Positions 62,164 through 64,000 of a stretch of DNA of 64,000 nucleotides are shown in pieces. Numbering within the stretch: position 1 is the stretch's first letter; each line of letters starts with the position of its first letter. The stretch is taken from the NCBI GenBank assembly GCA_046483065.1, contig JAWODW010000037.1, positions 71,308-135,307 of the forward strand. Reading direction: 5' to 3'. The stretch is from Longimicrobiales bacterium. GTDB lineage: Bacteria; Gemmatimonadota; Gemmatimonadetes; Longimicrobiales; RSA9. A program made the position numbers and the translations under genes. The notes under the pieces are model-generated. The model ran no database searches, was not told the DNA's origin, and saw only the letters and a list, made by a program, of their open reading frames with translations.

Positions 62164-62634
62164 GCACTCACACACGCGGTACACTTCCGGCTGCGTCCAT
62201 GCACGCCCCCGGAGAACGAATCGGGTCACCCCTGCAAGCGAGCGACATGCGTTTCCGAAGGTAGCCAGCCACCACGCTGGCGTCGATTCGCCCGCGCCAA
62301 CTCTAAGCCGCCGGGGCCGAACGAGACCGCGAAGGCGTGGGCGGTGCCGGCGTCCCAAACCCTCCGGTCGTGCGCCGCCCCGCGACGAGATGAGGTCTGG
62401 GGTCGGTGAGCGACCCGAATCTTCCGATCGTCGCATTGCGAACCCAGCGGGCGGACGGCGATGACCGGAATGTTCGGGACATCCTCGCCGCCCGAACCGC
62501 CCGGAACGTTCCAGACCCTGGCGGCGGCTACCTCTGACCTTTCTGCACGAACGTCAAATATCCCGGGAGAATTCCCGACTTCCGCGTTTCTTGATCCCGC
62601 TGAGTGCGGATCGGTTCCGATGGACCGGGTGAGG

Positions 62635-62704
62635 GCGACTTGACCTCCCGCCGCGGATTCCGGCAACTTCCGTCCATGCAAGCCGTCGAGCAGGACGCCG
62701 AAGC
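62635..62704. repeat. 70-bp repeat, copy B (pairs with 60480..60549)
   Basis: It spans the upstream region and the first 10 codons of the small gene at 62676. Confidence 0.8.
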
Positions 62705-62867
62705 CCTCCGCCGGATGACGCCGGCGGAGAAGCTGGCTGTGATGCACGGGTTGATCCGCCAGGCGTGGGAGCTGAAGGCGGCGGCCATCCGGGCGCAGGG
62801 CCCGGACCTGTCCGAACCGGAGGTCCGGGCCCGGGCCCGGGAGATGGTGGGCGGTGGCCGACCCTGA
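62676..62867 (+). CDS. small helical protein, putative antitoxin-like partner of the downstream nucleotidyltransferase
   Basis: 63 aa, MQAVEQDAEALRRMTPAEKLAVMHGLIRQAWELKAAAIRAQGPDLSEPEVRARAREMV. It overlaps the next gene by 14 nt. Confidence 0.55.
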   Translation: MQAVEQDAEALRRMTPAEKLAVMHGLIRQAWELKAAAIRAQGPDLSEPEVRARAREMVGGGRP

Positions 62868-63423
62868 CCTGATCGGGCTCTTCGTCGAGCCGCTGGAGAC
62901 CACCGGCGTCTCCTACATGATCACCGGCGGGGTCGCGTCCGTCATCTACGGCGACCCGCGATTCACCCGTGACGTCGATGTCGTCATGGAACTCCGCCCC
63001 GCTGAGATCTCCGCTCTGGTGTCGGCGTTCGACCCGGCCGCATTCTACGTCCCACCGGCGGAAGCTCTCGAGACGGAAACCTCCCGTCCGGAAGGCGGCC
63101 ACTTCAACATCATCCACCACGAGACCGCGCTGCGCGCCGACGTCTACCTCGCCGGGGACGACCCGCTGATCGCGTGGGCGTTCGACCGGCGGATCCGTCT
63201 CGAGGTTGGCGATACCGAAATCTGGGTCGCCCCCATCGAGTACGTGATCCTCCGCAAGCTCGAGTACTACGAGCAGTCCGGATCGGACCGCCACCTGCGG
63301 GACGTGGCCATGATGCTCCGGATCAGCGGCGACACCGTGAATTCGGATGCGCTGAGGGAGTGGTCGGAGCGCCTCGACCTGCAGGGCACCCTGGAGCGGG
63401 CCCGCAGGTTCTCACCCGATTGA
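62854..63423 (+). CDS. nucleotidyltransferase-fold protein (AbiEii/DUF6036-like)
   Basis: NTase motif ITGGVASVIYGDPRFTRDVDVV. C-terminal helical part (VILRKLEYYEQSGSDRHLRDVAMML). Confidence 0.6.
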   Translation: MADPDLIGLFVEPLETTGVSYMITGGVASVIYGDPRFTRDVDVVMELRPAEISALVSAFDPAAFYVPPAEALETETSRPEGGHFNIIHHETALRADVYLAGDDPLIAWAFDRRIRLEVGDTEIWVAPIEYVILRKLEYYEQSGSDRHLRDVAMMLRISGDTVNSDALREWSERLDLQGTLERARRFSPD

Positions 63424-63460
63424 ATGCCCCGACACGCGGCTGGCGTGCCCCAACACCCGG

Positions 63461-63889
63461 CTAGCGTGCCTCATTGAGGCGGTAGACGCCCACCGTCCAT
63501 GGATCCGGGGGCAGGGACTCGAGCATGTACACGTAGTCCTCGACTCTCAGCACCCGCCCGGGCACCGGAACGTCCGTCCAGAGCTTCTCGCCGTCGAGGG
63601 CGTATATGTCCATCAGCGTACCCTTGCTGGCCCAGAGGTCCATTGCCGTGGGATCGTGGACGGCGTGTACGGCAACGATCAGCGAATCGTCCAGTACTCC
63701 AAGGCGCGTCAAAGATGTGGACGACCTTCTCCATCGGATCAACCGGTCGAACCCCGGCGGCCCCACGAACTCCCCGCGTTCCGGCCGTGTGGCCTGCCGC
63801 CACGACGGCGGCTCAAAACCGAAATCTCCAATGAACTCCCCGCCAGTGGTGTACAGATGCAATGGATAGAACAGGGTGTTACCGGTCAC
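63461..63889 (-). CDS. hypothetical protein or C-terminal gene fragment
   Basis: GTG-initiated 142-codon ORF bounded upstream by a TGA. Beta-rich sequence (LIVAVHAVHDPTAMDLWASKGTLMDIYALDGEKLW). The upstream 110 nt contain only short frames. Confidence 0.35.
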   Translation of the reverse strand: MTGNTLFYPLHLYTTGGEFIGDFGFEPPSWRQATRPERGEFVGPPGFDRLIRWRRSSTSLTRLGVLDDSLIVAVHAVHDPTAMDLWASKGTLMDIYALDGEKLWTDVPVPGRVLRVEDYVYMLESLPPDPWTVGVYRLNEAR

Positions 63890-64000
63890 GATCCGGGCGG
63901 ATCCCGCGGAGGCGAGGGGCGCTCATCCGTTGGCTCTCCTCCCGGGATCGGCCAGGGGAGCGGGTCACATTCCATGGGCCGAAGGGTGGCCTCCAGCTTC

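Noticed and set aside
60431-62167. 578-aa minus-strand ORF
   Set aside because: Most of it is antisense to the acyl-CoA dehydrogenase. Only its last ~90 codons (about 60560-60830) carry transposase-like sequence, which is reported separately as a remnant.
62200-62634. Possible coding remnants in the ~570-bp gap after the acyl-CoA dehydrogenase
   Set aside because: I translated several frames (for example MTGMFGTSSPPEPPGTFQ.. and ..VWNVPGGSGGEDVPNIPVIAVRPLG..) and recognised no family. It is left as non-coding or decayed DNA.
63890-64000. Continuation of the last minus-strand ORF to the window edge
   Set aside because: An in-frame TGA lies just upstream of the GTG at 63889, and other frames give only short peptides. 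I cannot tell whether a frameshifted larger gene is present.
1-64000. tRNA, rRNA, tmRNA or RNase P genes
   Set aside because: I saw no T-loop or anticodon-arm-like cloverleaf candidates and no rRNA-like conserved blocks in the non-coding gaps. This manual scan is not exhaustive.

Overview
High-GC (about 70% by eye) chromosomal segment of a diderm bacterium, indicated by FadL-type and porin-type outer-membrane genes, lgt and many lipobox lipoproteins. The lineage cannot be proven from sequence alone. About 60 genes are supportable. All domain calls come from motifs I recognise in the translations; no searches were run. Housekeeping genes: glnA, glnS (with a C-terminal YqeY/GatB-like extension), tkt, lgt, rocD, a Zn/Mn-type ABC importer, a Na/Pi symporter with a PhoU-like partner, and trkAH. 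The window is unusually dense in thiol, persulfide and metalloid redox functions, with four ArsR-family HTH genes. These functions include OsmC, a persulfide-dioxygenase/rhodanese fusion that lacks its N-terminal metal motif, two permuted Trx-VKOR fusions, a SufE / triple-rhodanese / FMN-reductase operon, a two-module arsenic island (arsR-arsM-phosphoesterase-ACR3 facing arsR-permease-Trx), and an ArsR-rhodanese / DsrE-like / methyltransferase cassette that abuts a truncated, frameshifted porin. The strongest candidate for something new is a peroxiredoxin-like lipoprotein gene (38393..39007). ORF callers split it at an in-frame TGA that lies exactly at the catalytic Cys position (W-U-P-Y-C), and a SECIS-like hairpin follows, so it is a candidate selenoprotein. 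Mobile or decayed DNA: an IS1595-family transposase (1044..1913), an IS110-like transposase remnant (about 60560..60830), and a 70-bp repeat (about 91% identical) at 60480 and 62635. The second repeat copy forms the 5' end of a small-protein / nucleotidyltransferase (TA-like) pair. Notable non-coding structure: a 13-bp tandem array (about 9 copies) and a 12-bp-arm inverted repeat, both in the glnA-glnS intergenic region. I recognised no rRNA, tRNA or CRISPR array. Many long ORFs in the six-frame track are antisense or alternate-frame artefacts of high GC content.
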